A DNA stretch of 64,000 nt, taken from positions 3,720,001 through 3,784,000 of the forward strand of contig CM007990.1 of NCBI GenBank assembly GCA_002189035.1, written 5' to 3'. Under the pieces are notes generated by a model. It saw nothing but the letters and a program-made list of their open reading frames with translations, made no database searches and had not been told where the DNA came from. Below, one piece after another: positions 23,607 through 37,827 of this stretch (position 1 is its first letter; each line of letters begins with the position of its first letter). The stretch comes from Utricularia gibba (lineage: Eukaryota; Plantae; Magnoliophyta). A program made the position numbers and the translations under genes.

Positions 23607-25504
23607 TCAAGCTTGTACAGGAAGTGATTCTGTACCACCAGGAGTATGTATTATGGCCTCCAGGAGTCTGATCTCTTCGTCCCGTTTCGATATCTCCTCT
23701 TGCTTCGCACATAGTTCTTCAATATGCAGTTGAAACACTCCTGCAGTAAATAGAGAGTGCGATTGGAATATATAAAGATAGGTGATCAAGTGACCTTGAA
23801 ACCAACGACGATTTTAACTTCCTGCAGTTGTTAGTAGTATTCGTCATGATTAGTGGCAAACTATCACAACGCAATTGAGTTCCTCAGTGTTCTAGAAGGG
23901 GCACTTAGTTTCTATATCCGCTTATACTCTACAAATGTTTAGGATAACAAAGGATTCAAATAGAACACTAGGTTACTTGAGGTGTTTTCAAGTTACTATC
24001 CATGAGCAAGTGCTGATATTGCAGGATCAAGTTATTTCTCTAAAAGCATCTTTATTTATTTTCGAAAATACCTATGTTAGTGTATATTTTTAATTGTCAA
24101 CTTTGTAAATATCGATAAAAATACTGTTTTGAATTTTTGAAAACTACATTCACTATCTAAAAACTCAATAACATCAAATACAAGTTCTTTTTTTTTTTCA
24201 TTTATTCTATATTCACGTTTGATTTTTCTAGAATACATGTACAACATGTAAATTTATTTTAATTTCTTCATATTTGTTTAAGTTTATGCACCAGATGTAA
24301 ACAAAATTTGTTTATGATCCGTTGCTATTTATTTTCATTTGTTCATCCATTTTTTGATGCATTTCGTGCTTATTGAGTTTATGTAATAAATACATTGTTA
24401 ATTGTTTTAGATTTTTCTGATATATTTACTGACTCTTAAATCTTTAAAAATGTGTTGAATTGAATATACAAAGTTATTTGGATAGAATGATCAATTCAAA
24501 TGATATTACTATTCATCACTATTTAAAAAATTGATTGATCATATTTAAACAAAATTCAATTAATATTTTTTATATTAGTTATTTTTAGTTGTTTCAATTT
24601 ATGTAATGTATAATATTTCAAGTTTTTAATATTTTTAATTATGAATAAAATTCAAGTTTTTAATACTTTTAATTACGAATGAAATTCAAGTTTTTAATTT
24701 TATTAATATTTATAATTAAACTTGTTTTTGAAAATTGATATGAAGAAAGATAAAAAATCATTTATTAAATTTTTCAAAAGTTAGTAATATAATTTGGACT
24801 TATGTATGTATGAAAATAAATAGAGATGCTCTAATGTTTCTATCTTTACCTCAATAACTTGCACAAGAACATAGCAGTTCAATCATCTCAGATCTATTTA
24901 AACTAATAGTGTGCCTAGAAAAAATCATACAATGGAAACAAACAATTCTACAAGACAAACTCAATACATAAAAAAAGAAAAAGAAAAAAAAGCTGACTTC
25001 AGAACTCCATAAACTCTACGAAGTTTTTTGTTTTCAATGGCAAAGAGAGTTCTACCAATCTGTCACCACTTGCAAGCCCATTCATTGTTCAAAAAATGTG
25101 AATCCAAAATTATAGCGAACTACTTCTAAGTTTGATGTTGATCTCAAAGCCCCGTAAAATATGAACTAAAATCAGAAAGATAATTACTCCAATTAATTCG
25201 GCTCGCGATTGGGACTCTAAAATCCCCCAAAAACCGGGGATGAAAAAAACTGAATTATCACCGTACAAAATATGATCGTTTTGTGAAGATAATCGCGTAA
25301 TCAGTGATGAAAATGGAAACCCATTTGGAATGGATGAAAATTAGAGGAACCCTGCCCAGTGGTGACCTTGAGAGTTAGAGGTTGATCGGCAGTGAGAGCG
25401 ACCTCGGCGAAAGTGTCATCGTCCACATAAACGGCTTTCTTGAGAAGTAACTTGTGCAAATATTGGAGATTCGCCGTCCATCTTTCGTCTCCTGCTGGTT
25501 TCAT
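23607..25504 (-). pseudogene. Decayed spliced copy of a small plant coiled-coil protein gene. Exons ~25504-25367, ~24050-23975, ~23743-23607
   Basis: Exon 1 LQYLHKLLLKKAVYVDDDTFAEVALTADQPLTLK|. Middle exon LEK*LDPAISALAHG**LENTS has three stops and appears shortened. Last exon VFQLHIEELCAKQEEISKRDEEIRLLEAIIHTPGGTES. Together they follow a conserved plant protein (…LERELDAAI…ELENTTKVFELHMEELRAKQEEI…), recognised from memory. Confidence 0.75.
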
Positions 25505-27116
25505 CTTCTCATATACTCCATGGAACCCCCTGGAGAACGAACTCTAATCCAACTGGAATTCAACTATCAATGTGAAGAAACGCGCTTCGTTACTGTCGGC
25601 CCCTCCAAAAGAGGTAGAAGATTAAATACTTTTAATTATTTTATTATATAATAATCTCAATGTTATTTTATAATTGAGTAGAAATAGTAAATCCAAAATT
25701 AATACAATTTTTTTTTTAAAAAAAAGCTTAGATGAAAATGGTGACTGTAACGGATTGTCTTGCTAATTAAAGCATTACATACGCACACACCATGCACTTG
25801 GGGCCATCTCCTCCATGAAAATGATGAGGAACATATGGAGGAAAACAAAAAATATAAATAAAATACTCGTATTTTTAGAAAAAAAAAATTGTGATTTTTA
25901 TGATAAATTATGTTTATTTGATCAATCCTATCTTTGTTTGTATTCATCAAAAAATACTTGTTTTTGAAAAATATTTTTAATACAATATAAATTAAGAATG
26001 TAATTCGTACTATTTATTTTGTAACTTCTAATTAACTCATAAACATAAGTTATTAGATAAATAGAATCCAAATAATTATTAATAGTCTTCACTCTAATAA
26101 TTGAAGTACAATTTATTTTTGATTAGTTGATAATAAATAATAGCGGTATTGGCTGCCAATGAAGAAGGTTTGATAGAAGAGATACATTAAATAGAAATTT
26201 TGGAATAATTACCCAAATTATTTTGATAAGTAAAAAATTTGTTACTTATTAAATAATTAGATTTTGAAGGTAATTTATAGTTAAAATGAAATAAGTAGAA
26301 GTAAAATTAAAAATAGAAAATAAGTAAAAATTGAAATAATATATAATAAATAATTTTAATTTTTAATTTAAGTCATAAGTTCGAAAATAAATAGTGTAAA
26401 CTAAGCCCTAAGTCTCTGTTGTTTATTAATACAAAACATTATTATTATCATTATTTACTTGTATTTAATAATGAAATTGTTTATTTAAACTTAATTTATT
26501 TCAAACAAATCACAAATATATGTACCCAAATCACTTCATTGTTTACTATCAATATTTGAAGGCGTCCTCCTGGGACGCTCGAAAGTGTCCGTCCGTCGGG
26601 ATACCGTGTCCGGGCCCAGGGAGGCGGGGAAGAGGGATTGTCTGCAGGTGACGGTTCCTAGTCTTCACAACTGCGTGTAACTGAATCCATGTACAGTAAA
26701 TGCATTCATGTACGCGGATAAATTTTGCATGCTGCCTCCATTTCTTGATTATTATTATTATTATTGCTGATATTGTATTTGATTTTCGTTTTTCTTTTAT
26801 GAGAAAAACCAGGGGAGTGCTTTTGAAATCTCACCATTCAGAGATCCTAATTTTACTATTTTTATCACCATGAGTATTCCTTTACTGAGTCCCACCAGAT
26901 TCTAAAAAATCGGCCGATTTCTCAAGGGTTGCGCCCACTTGATTGTTTATCGTGTGTGGGTGTTCTGAATCTCAATGTATCCCTTGTCTTCTGTTGTGAG
27001 ATACTGTGCTTCGTGTTCCTAACTTTCTGGGCTTACCTCTTTTTTTTTTTTTGTTTTTTCCAGTTCGTGATTCTGTTGTTGTTTTCTACGTTGTTGTTTG
27101 TTTGTGTCTTTGTTTG

Positions 27117-29916
27117 ATGTGTGAGAAGATGAAGTTCCAGAAAAGGGGTGTGGAGATCACCAAGGCTGATGAAGAACTGGAAATGTTATTGGGTGAGATT
27201 CCTCATGCAACATCATCCTTAAATCTTCATTCCACGTTCAATGATGCCCATAATCATCTAAGAAACCATGGTGATCAATACCATGGAATCCAGAATGAGG
27301 GGGTTTTGAATCATAAATATGGGAGAGCTACTTCTCCCATGAGTGGCTTTTCTCTACTCTCAGATGGCTCTTCTTCTAATAGTTTGTTCTCCAGTGGTGT
27401 GCTTTCACTCTCTGATATTCCATCAGCATCATCACCGCTGTGTGAAGAGAACAAATCGCAAGTGATTCCCGGGAATGAATTTTGGTTAGATTTCAAGGAT
27501 AAACAGAGTAACCTGCTTGATGATTTCCATTTGCCTGGAAATTTCACTAAGATGTATATTAGCAATCAGCAGGAGGGCGCTGTGCGTTACCCCAGTTCGA
27601 AAAAGGGGAATCTTCAAATGAAACCTGGAGCGCCAGATGTTTGCGGTGCAACACTTGTCTCAGAGGTTAACCCGGTTCCAAGAGGAAACATGAATTTCGG
27701 GCTCGGAATGGGCTCAGGAATCGTTGAGCATGATGAGGGAATTGCTGAAGCTTCCATGCAAAGGCAAGGATTGTATTCATGGCCAGATTTTCTTGCAAGT
27801 CCTCAATACAGTAGAACTGATATGCTGGCCAATACTACGGAATTTTCAGTAGCTAATGGATCCTCCTGTGTGAATCAACCATTGACAGGTGATACCTTTT
27901 GTGCTCAAAGGAAACTGGTAAACTTTATCGAGGCCAAGGATGCATTCTATGCGACTAATGGTGTATCATTTCGGAGACCGACCACACATGATCCTCAAGA
28001 AAATCTGCATGCTCATAATTCACCTTTCCCTAATGAAAGGAACAGATCAACTCTTTCTGTTAGAGTCCCTCATGGAAGTCTTGATCCTTTTTCCAGGCTT
28101 CTGGGTGAAGGTATCGGCTATTGTATCAATCAAAGGGATGCTTTTTTGCCGAGACACAAGACAAGAAGTCCTCATAATGACAGAGGGGCTCAAAAACATC
28201 ATGAAAGAAATGGGAAAATCAATTTTTTCCAGGTTCAAGGATGCTGCAGGAACTCAAAAACGACTTTACCATTTTCGTTAGCTGCAAAGTCCGGCTCTCT
28301 TGTTGAAGCGCAGGGACACGTTTATCACATGGCTAAAGATCAGCATGGTTGTAGATTCTTACAGAGGATGCTGGATGAAGGGACTTCTTGTGATGTGCAG
28401 ATTATATTCAGTGAGATAATCAATCATGCTATCGAGCTTATGATGAATCCTTTTGGAAATTACCTCATGCAAAAACTCTTGGACGTCTGCAGTGAGGAGC
28501 AGAGAATGGTTATACTAATAACGCTGACTGCAGTGCCGGGAGAGCTGGTTCGAATTTCCCTGAACACACATGGGTATGTCCCTTACATCCATAACCTTCT
28601 TTGCTAATCTTCGATTACGGCTAACAATTGTCGTGTTGGCATCAGCACAAGGGTGGTTCAGAAGCTGATTGAGACACTTAAGTTAAGGCAGCAGATCTCT
28701 CTCATCATTTCAGCTCTGGAACCTGGTTTTCTAACATTAATCAAGGATTTGAATGGTAATCATGTTGTTCAGAGGTGCTTGCAATGCTTTACCATAGAAG
28801 ACAGTGGGGTAATTACTCCATTATACTTGCTTTTGACGTCTTGTTTACACTATTACTCAATACTCTAGCTACTGAATCTTGTTACAATTATTCATTTCCT
28901 TGATATGATTCTGATGAAGTCCCCTCATTTATTCTCCTCTTTAAGAGTCTCTTCCGATCTTACCAGAATAATTCTCCTCTTTATTGTTGGATCTCAGCAT
29001 TATTAAAAAATTCATAAAGTTAGAACTGGAAATATGCTGTAGATTGGCCTCATCCCTCCTCTTAGAATTGTTGGAACCAGTATTTGATCTACTCTAGTGG
29101 AAATGAGGTCCCTTAGCCGGTAGCATTATGATCTTTGTTGGTGCTCCTAACCATAGAGTCACTGATGTCACTCAGAACTTTCTTACAGGAGTATTCACCT
29201 TCCATTTTCTTACTTTGCAGTTCATCTTTTTAGCCGCTGCAAAGTACTGTGTAGATATTGCAACACACCAGCATGGCTGCTGTGTCCTGCAGCGCTGCAT
29301 CAGCCACTGCAGTGGAGAGCTCCGTGAAAATCTGATATCTGAGATTTGCTCGAATGGGCTTCTTCTTGCTCAGGATGCTTTTGGGTATTCGATTCGAGAT
29401 ACAACTAGTGCTTTGTCTGTGTTGATATGTTTGGACGAGAAGCATAACAACTCACTGATTCCTCTTTTCCCTTGTTTGATGCAGAAACTATGTTGTCCAG
29501 TTTATCTTGGAGCTTAAGCTCCCATCTGCTATCTCCAAATTAACATCTCAGTTCGAGAGCAAATATGTGCACCTATCACTACAAAAATTCAGCAGCCATG
29601 TGGTCGAAAAGTGCCTCGTAACGTTCAACGGAGAAAGACGTACAAGAATCGTCCGGGAGCTGCTCTCTGCTCCTTGCTTCGAGCTTCTGCTTCAGGACCC
29701 TCATGCAAATTATGTCATTCAGACAGCTCTCTGTGTTTCCGAGGTACATGCATATTCACGTGAGCTTATTCATAATGCATTCAAATCTGATCTTCTCTTC
29801 CTTATCAGGGCACTTTACTCAATTTACTGGTCAGTGAAATCGACTCCTTCAGACCAACCTTGCGCAATTGTCCCTATTCCAAGAGAATTTTCTCAAACAA
29901 GCTTCTCAAGAGGTGA
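27117..29916 (+). CDS. APUM: Pumilio/PUF RNA-binding protein (APUM7/8, 'pumilio homolog 12'-like). Exons 27117-28573, 28646-28808, 29221-29384, 29485-29743, 29809-29916
   Basis: N-terminal DEELEMLLGEIPHATS. PUF repeats MAKDQHGCRFLQ, LMMNPFGNYLMQK, ISLNTHG|TRVVQK, LIKDLNGNHVVQRC, IATHQHGCCVLQRC, LAQDAFG|NYVVQ, LSLQKFSSHVVEKC, LLQDPHANYVIQ. Ends CPYSKRIFSNKLLKR*. Confidence 0.95.
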
Positions 29917-30717
29917 TCCACTCTCCCTACTCAACCTTTTGCTGATACCGTTCCCAGTCGGCCTGCATTCGCTCATCTCCGGCGCCTTCATATCTCTTGA
30001 TAAAGACTCCTGTTTCCTCCTGATGAAGAGTGTAAAGAATGAGGACGGGCTTTAGTCTTCTGCAACTTGCAACTTTTATCAATCTTTTGTAGTGTTGGTT
30101 GGCTTTGTGTTGCTTTCTGATGGAAACAAGGCCATTTTCCCACGCAGCATGCATCTTCCCACGCTACCCACTCTTGCTTGCGGGTCATTGACAAAGAAGA
30201 TGACATCCGCGCAGTAGACTTACCAAAGGAATGTATCCAGTTGCTACATTGCAGACAGCATCATGTTCTGTGGACAATATCATCTTCTTCAACACCGAAC
30301 TTTACCAGCTTTAGTTCCCTTTTCGACGTTTCTTCCCCATCTCGTCGGTCGTGTTCTGCCCGTTTCAGGGATATAACCCCCGTTGGATTCACCGCACAAA
30401 CCGTGTCCTCTCGACACGTGGATGCCCCCAAGACTGCGAGTGTTTAAATTTCTTAAAACAGTAACCTAAGTATTTAGTTGGTTTCCAGTTTCTTCAACTT
30501 ACTGCAAGTTCATGCATGTGCACTAATAAATAATTGAGAAACTAGCACACGGTGACCGTGTTCGGCGAGGAAGTGTTGACTGGTGGTTCCGAATTCAACG
30601 CTGACGAAATGCATTGATTGCCATGACCATACAGCTATAAGTAAGTCTTGAAACACCGGAAACACCACCACCGGCGAAGCGAGCTCTTTAGATTTGAAGT
30701 CTATCAGCGGCACAAAA

Positions 30718-30947
30718 ATGGCGGATGCACCGAAGAAGAAGAGAGCTCCGAGGGGCCACGTGGTGGTGTACGTGGGAGATGCAAAGAGCAGGCACGTGGT
30801 TCCCATTTCTTGCCTGAAAACACCGCAGTTTCAAGAGCTTCTGGCGGCCGCCGCAGACGTTTATGGGTTTCACGGCGGCGGGGGATTATGCTGCCGTGCG
30901 ATGACGCTGCGTTCCGGCGAGTAATGCTTGACCTCAGGATCAACTGA
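30718..30947 (+). CDS. SAUR: SAUR (small auxin-up RNA) protein with a 1-nt frameshift in a G run at 30880-30884
   Basis: MADAPKKKRAPRGHVVVYVGDAKSRHVVPISCLKTPQFQELLAAAADVYGFH (auxin_inducible domain). Continues in a shifted frame as GIMLPCDDAAFRRVMLDLRIN*. Confidence 0.85.
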
Positions 30948-31919
30948 CCCTCCTCCACGCTTGGACGAGGGGAAAGTATTCGGATCAGCGGTTTGGCTGA
31001 TTTCTGGCTTGGATCTGTAGATTTGACTGGAATTTGTGGGTAATGGTTGCAAGCGCTATCGAGGATATGATGTAGTATATTGTATATGCATGGATATAGG
31101 GAGCAAACTAGAATTGATATATTGAAATAGCAAGTTTTTCTTCTTTAATAAGCATGACCTTTCAAGTTTAAGACAAGTATTTATAGGTTCTAACCGTTAA
31201 CATGTAGGTAAACTCAACAGCGATTATCATCATGATTGCACCTAGCTTGCTTCTTTTCTCATATAGGCACCTTGGTGGCTTGGTGGGCATACCTACTTGG
31301 AGAATGGATTCACTCATTAGACTTCTTTCTCTTATGAATTGGGATCCATTATGATAAAGCATATCTGAGTTTAATCTTTTCTTCCCTCTCAGCTTGGCTG
31401 CAATGCTAAGACGTAGACTGTCCTCTTGGTTCTGGATTTACCTCTGCTTCATTCTTCCTCAAGGATGACGCTCGGGTGAGATTGTAGAATCTAATAACCC
31501 TCAATTCCCTCATTTGGGAAAAGTGTTTTGGAAATAGAGATTTGGTGAGCATATTTGCTACTTACTATTTGATGGTAAGAAATTTAACAGAATGCTTTCT
31601 TCTTTAATATAATTTCTCAAACGTGATATTGTATTTTGATATGTTTAGTTTTTCCAAATATTACCATGTTTTGAAAAATACTTAGGACATCTTTATCAAT
31701 TTTTGAAAATTAGGAAAGCCATGCCAGTTTTATTAAGTTTCCGAAAATCAAATGAATGTCTTTATTCTTCTTCTATAACAATTTTTAGAAACTATTATTT
31801 TATAAAATATTATTATTATTATTATAACTAGCAATAAATTTTTTTAACAATATCAAATGAAATAAATAAAAATGTGATACGTCAATTGAAAATACTAGTA
31901 TACTTCATTAGAAAACTTG

Positions 31920-33010
31920 TTATCTAAAATTTGCCTAGATATATTTAACATGATCCTAAGAACTTTTCAAATTAATATTTCTAGATATTTTTGGCCGATG
32001 AATAGTTGAACATCTATCATATTCATCATCAGCATTGTATGTAAGGATGACATGGACTTCATCTTGCATAATTATATTATGCAATATAATGCATGCTTGC
32101 ATAATGTTTTCAAGTGTTTTTCGATCCCAATTCTTGTAGGTGCTATGAGTATTGCAATTTAGCTTTGCAAAATGCCAAAGGTGCACCCTATATCTTTTCA
32201 TGCACTCTCTTGCATTTCATTAAAGAGTTGAGCTTTTCAAGATTGTAGAAATGTAATAGACTTCATGAAAATAGGCCAATCGAGATAAATTCTATCAATC
32301 AAGTAGTATCCCATATCATAGTTATGTCCATTAATGCTAAATTATACTTGTGGACAAATACTATTATGTAAATCATTGAGTAAAAGAGAATATCATAAAA
32401 CATTTAAATCATCATTTTGATGTGACATTCCAAAAAAAAAAATTGCTAAATCCATGTATATGTAAAAGCCACTACTTCTAACATGATACTATTTGTAAGG
32501 GTTTACATGTTTAAATTGGATTTGCCATGCTACCAGGTAATTTTTATACTCATAATGTATTCAATCTATACTTCCAAACATTCTAGGGCAGCCTCAAGAT
32601 TCCCCCATCTTATAAACATTCCAAGTCTTCTATTGTTGGCATTCTCAAATATTGGCCTGCAAAACAAGAGCAAATAGCAACAATAAAATGATGAATGCAT
32701 TAAATAAATGAATAATAGCAGCAACACTATCAGCACTACATCTATGTGTCAACATTCGAATGGTAGCCATGCACTTTTATAAAGTGCTCAAACTTAGTTG
32801 ACTAGTGCAGTCTATCTTGAAAAAATGAATTATTCAACTTCACAATTTTGACAATTCACTCAAATAAAAAATATCTCATACGAAATCATCTTCAAAATTA
32901 CTCATCCATGTACATTGCATTATTACAAATAATTGGCTACCAACTTTTCATGGTCACATTCACAATTTGGCTCGATGTATTGTCATGATACTCGTTGACT
33001 AAAGGTTTGA
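31920..33010 (-). mobile_element. PIF/Harbinger DDE transposase remnant
   Basis: Ordered degraded motifs: YIEPNCECDHEKLVANY, QYLRMPTIEDL, FFGMSHQNDD, INGHNYDMGYYLID, KDIGCTFGILQ, WDRKTLENIMQACIILHNIIMQDE. Confidence 0.88.
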
Positions 33011-33067
33011 TGTTGCTCTTTTTCAAAGTCACTGTAAAGATCGAATCATTATTATATAATTGTTTCA

Positions 33068-34105
33068 TGATAGCACACATATTTTCATGTTTTTATGATA
33101 TAAAAATTACAGGTTTTTAATTATCTTTAGTTGTTTATTTCATAGTTTTAAGTATTTTTATATATAATTTAGGAAAATATAATTTTTGGTGTGTTAGTGG
33201 GCTAAATCCTTTGATTTAGCTCATCCATGTTCTAACCCAATTTGGAGTCTAGCAGCTACTCAAAAATCATGGAAAAGAACAAGGATTTCGTGCAAGTCAC
33301 TGTGCAGCAGGGAGCAATGAGTATATTGTCACTGCGGCAATCTGCAAGTCAGGGGTAGGAGCAGCAGAGCTATCAGAAACTGTACCTGCATTGGGAAGTG
33401 AGAGGAGAAGAATCGCAAGAGGGGGGAAGACAAGTTTTCAGAACACACACGAGGGGGTTTCTCCTCCAACTTGAACACGATGAATGTTGAACTAGAAGGA
33501 AAAAGCAAGACGATTTTTTGGAGAAGAACCTCCAGTGTGAAGAACGAAGACACAGACCCAGTCCAACACTACTGTTCCGGCCTATGAACAGTAGCAGACG
33601 GAAGCCATAACTCTTACTGCTTTATTTTTGTTTATTAATGTTTTTAGCTTCTACAACCAACTTCTGCACAATGTTCTTGACATTTTCGTTGTTTTATGTT
33701 AATGTTATCATGTTTTACCTTCAAAGTATGAGTAGCTAAAGTCTTAGGGATGCCTTAAGGTAAAACATGGTGGTGTGGATCTAGAATTCTTAATAAAATT
33801 CATCATTGTTTCTTAACTCTTGTTTCTATCAATCCATGGGTAGACCTAAGGAGGGAAACAAGTAACTTCTCAACCTAGAAGCTTGATTTAAAGGCAGACC
33901 AACAAATCAAGGCGGAAGTAGTAGGTGTTAATTCGGGGTAGAACCAGTAGAACCAGGTAGACCTAGTTCTATATGCTTTGCATATGGATAGACCTAATTG
34001 CAATGTTGGTGATGATATGGGAGACTAACTTAGTCAAAAATATGATGAATGATCTGGGTAAACTTAGGTTATTTGAAGTTGTGAGTTTAGAAATATGATA
34101 GATTA
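33068..34105 (+). mobile_element. Athila-like Gypsy LTR, 3'-truncated
   Basis: Begins TGATAGCACAC and is visibly collinear with the LTR at 55779 (e.g. TTAGTGGGCT.AATCCTTTGATTTAGC, GGAGTCTAGCAGC, GGATTTCGTGCAAGTC, GAGTAGCTAAA). Confidence 0.8.
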
Positions 34106-35090
34106 AATTCACCATGGCTCTATCTGTGCATAAAAGTCCATCATAAAAATATTTGACCAATGCATTGGTCTTAAATCCGTGGTGTGGACAGGATCCTAGC
34201 AGGTGATTAAAACGCTCCCAATATTCATGTAAAGATTCACCATTTGATTGCTCAATGTCACTGATTTCCTTCCTTATTCCTTTAGCTTTTGAAGTAGGGA
34301 AATATTTACTCAAGAATACCTTCTTCATATCACTCCAATTGGTGATGCTTCTAGGCTTCAAAGAGTTGCACTTCCTTCCAATGTAAATTGGAATGCCCTC
34401 AAATAGATGGCATCCTCAGTCATCCCAGCACTCTTAAAAGAAGTGCAAACAGCAATGACAATATCAAGATGTTCATGTGGGTTTTCACCCACTTTTCCAT
34501 AATACTTAGGCAGAAAAATAATCATAGCTGGCTTTAATTCGTTGACTGTGTCATCAAAAAACCTAATACACAGCCCCCTGTACGTATGGTCAGCTGCATC
34601 AAGTTCATTCAAGGTCTTCTCCTGTTCTGTCATAATAATATTAGCTTGAGTTACAGCAAGGAGTCTGCACAACCTTGCTGCTTCTCTCACTCTTGTGCGG
34701 TTCTTGCTGATAGTTCTCTCGATTTCTGGATAGAAAACAAGATCTCCTGCACCAGAAGAACGCAAATGCATCAACCGAATCACAAAAAAATTAAACACCG
34801 CTCCCCGGCAATTACATCAATTTGATAAACGAAAAATTTATTGCACGCCGTTACAATGCAAATTTCTCCTGTCAAATAAAATTTATAAACCTAATTCATA
34901 TCAAATCATATGAAAAATATGAGTATAGTGGACTAGGGTTGAACACAAGGAGCTCGGTGTTTGCTATGTGAAAGTTAATGCATGCAGTCAGTATCATGTA
35001 GATAGATTTGGTCTTAACTAGGACTAAGGTAGAATTGCGATGAAATACAATAAAGAAAAGTAACAAACTTCTGAACTCGGTTGTTTCTAA
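34106..35090 (-). mobile_element. Athila-like Gypsy 5' fragment: LTR 3' end (35090-34822), degenerate tRNA-Asp PBS (~34803-34820) and frameshifted gag
   Basis: LTR end ...CGTTTATCA followed by ...TTGCCGGGGA on the minus strand. gag motifs LPKYYGKVGENPHEHL, IYLRAFQFTLEG, SITNWSDMKKVFLSKYFP, IEQSNGESLHEYWERF, YFYDGL. Confidence 0.88.
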
Positions 35091-37260
35091 GATGAAATGG
35101 ATGATACCTTAGGACTTCTAGAGGATGTTGAAGTTGAGTACATAGAGCATGGTATCATTCTTTCTTCGTATATATCCCATTTGAGTAAAATAATCATCGA
35201 TCATAATAAATCATTCTTCATATGCTTGTTTTAATCTATATAATATCTTTTTACAGCTTCAAAACTTTTTGATCTCCATTCACCATGAAACCTGAAGGGT
35301 ATTGAACATAGATATGTTCCTTCAGGTTGCCATTCAGAAATGCACTTTTAACATCCAAGTTATGAAGTTTCCAACATTGGCTCATAGTATACGCAATCAC
35401 AAGCTTTATGGTATCAAATTTGGCCACTAACGCAAATGTCTCCCAACAGTGTATTATTTCCTATTGAAGATATTCTTTTGCTACTAAGCAAGATTTTAAT
35501 TTGTTTATAGAGCCATCTGGATTCAGCTATCCACACTGATGTTTTTCAATCAAAGCTAATTCATTTTCCATTGATTCTTTTTAAGTAGGATGCTGCAATG
35601 CTTTGTACAGACTCAGTGGTTCATGTGTGAGTAAGGGTCTGTCGTAGAATGTAGCAATAGAATCATAACTTCTGATTGATTTTTAATCTAGGTGCTGATT
35701 TGAGTCACTACATAGTAAATGAGGAGTCTATGAATCATCTTTTATCTCATTATCCACATTGATCACTAGTTTTGAGTTATGTGGTAAAAAAATTGATATC
35801 CCATGGTTATGTACTTTCTTGATGAGAGATACAATCATTTTCCTCCAATTCGATAAAGTCTATCATTTGATATCTAGTTCACATAAGTGTTTTCAATTAG
35901 ACTCTATGAATGTCTAAGACTAAGGTATAAGGATTTTTATAACTAGGGCAAGTTTGGTTTTGCATTTGATTTGATGTGTTATTGTTTCAAGGTATCGATG
36001 TGGCATTGTTGTGTTCATCTTCAGTAGCATTATTAAGATTTGAATCCATGTGAGTGTCTTCATATAATATGTTTGTTTCATGTCTGATCAAATTTTGTGC
36101 ATATTCTTGAAATTATGGGCTCCTCTTGAATCTATTGATTGTCTTGAATGAGGGAGTTATCAAAATCATCATAAAAAAATAAATACCCAAACTTCTTAAT
36201 TGTAGGTAGATTGATGAGACTTTTGAAATTTCTGAGAAGTCTCTCATTCGAAGGTACGACATTCATCAACTACTACATCGATGCTCCTCTAAGTTACAAT
36301 CGTATTGTCATTAGGGATATATATTTTGTATATCTGAGTAGTTTTCACATCTCCTAAGAATATTCCAATCTAGTAATAATTTTCAAGTTTATTTCTCTTT
36401 TCTCTAGGTACAAATACATAACACGAAGATCTAAATATTTTCAAGTTTTGCAAGTTTGGAGTCTTCCCATATCACATTTTATAAGTCGTTTTTCTCTCAA
36501 GAAACCCTTTCGTAGGCAAATGATTGAGTAGTAAAACCGAGATATGGACAGCTTCTCACACAAATGCAGAGGTTAATTGTGATAAAGCATAAGATATTAG
36601 ATTATATTCATGATTGTTCAATTATTTCTTTCATATATACCACTCAGTTATGGGGTATATGAAACTTTATACTGATATAGAATACCATTCTCAATACAAA
36701 TTCTTTTAATATCCATAAATTTATATTCTCCACCATTATTCCAATGTAGTGTGATAATCTTTGAACTACATTGTGTGTCTATAGGTGTCTTGAAAATCTT
36801 GAAATAATGAACACCTTTTGATTTGTATTTGAGAAAGTAGATCCAAATATATTTAAAGTAGTCGTCAATGAATATAATGTAATATTTTTTTTCTCTTAAT
36901 TTAGTCACAATCATGAAACTACACACATCACTTGTGACTAATTGTAACTTTGTATTTGATGCTTCTGATCTTCTATTAAAAGTAATTCTACTCATTAGTA
37001 TGAAAATAATCAATAGAAAACATGAGATGTACCATTGGAACATTGAATACTAGATTCTAATTTTGATTAATCCATGAGAATGTATGTTATTCAAGGCATA
37101 TTTTGAATTCATTTTCTATAAATTGATCAGTGCTCAATAGATTATTATGCGAAGCTAGAGGAACATAAAAAACATCAATAATTTTGATGTGTACTCTGTC
37201 TCAATAATTCAATGCCTTTGCCATTAAAGGTAGCCATTAATAATGATTCATAATGTATTG
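35090..37260 (-). mobile_element. Decayed Copia pol (integrase to RT) remnant
   Basis: Integrase YYIIFIDDYFKYIWIYFLK...NNGGEYK...YTP (36648-37043). RT PDGSINKLKSCLVAK, ETFALVAKFDTIKL, LHNLDVK, LNGNLKEHIYV, LYRLKQA. Confidence 0.85.
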
Positions 37261-37827
37261 TCTATTTAATCACATCAATGTAAATTTTAAATATACAATT
37301 GATTGTTGTAATACCCTCATCAATGCAAACTGGCAGAGTTACACTTCCCTTCCATGATTGGGGAGAGGAATTGTTGTCGTGTGGCGGTGGCGGTCGAAGG
37401 ATGCGGCGGAGGAAGAGGGAGACCGGCCATGGCGGTGGCAGAGTTGGAAAATTGATTTCCAACTCAGCATATTTACTTTTTAAAATTAATATAAAAAAAA
37501 ATTTATAATGTTTTACATACGATCATTATATTTAAATAAATATATAAATTAAAATATAACTTAAATTCTCTATTCATAAATAGATAGTTATAATCATTTT
37601 TATTATAAAAAAGAAAAAGAAAAAGTGCAATATAATTAATTGACCGTTTTAAATCACACATAAGAGAAAAGAAAAGACAGCCAAACATCAAGAATAAGAT
37701 GCAAAACACTCAAGTTCAATGACACAGCAACTTGAGATAAAAGTATTTGGATCATGTAGAGTGGGATAACCAAGCTACATGAATTATTTGCATTAACTTG
37801 CTTCATCTTCCGAGCGTGGCGCAGGGC

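Noticed and set aside
26560-26720. GC-rich hairpin and TGTACAGTA upstream of the Pumilio gene as an autoregulatory PUF site, or an rDNA fragment
   Set aside because: The motif does not match the canonical UGUA(A/C/U)AUA, the stem is only ~6 bp, and I recognised no rRNA signature.
29927-30447. Overlapping short ORFs downstream of APUM
   Set aside because: No recognisable domains, and they overlap each other on both strands. Likely 3' UTR or intergenic sequence.
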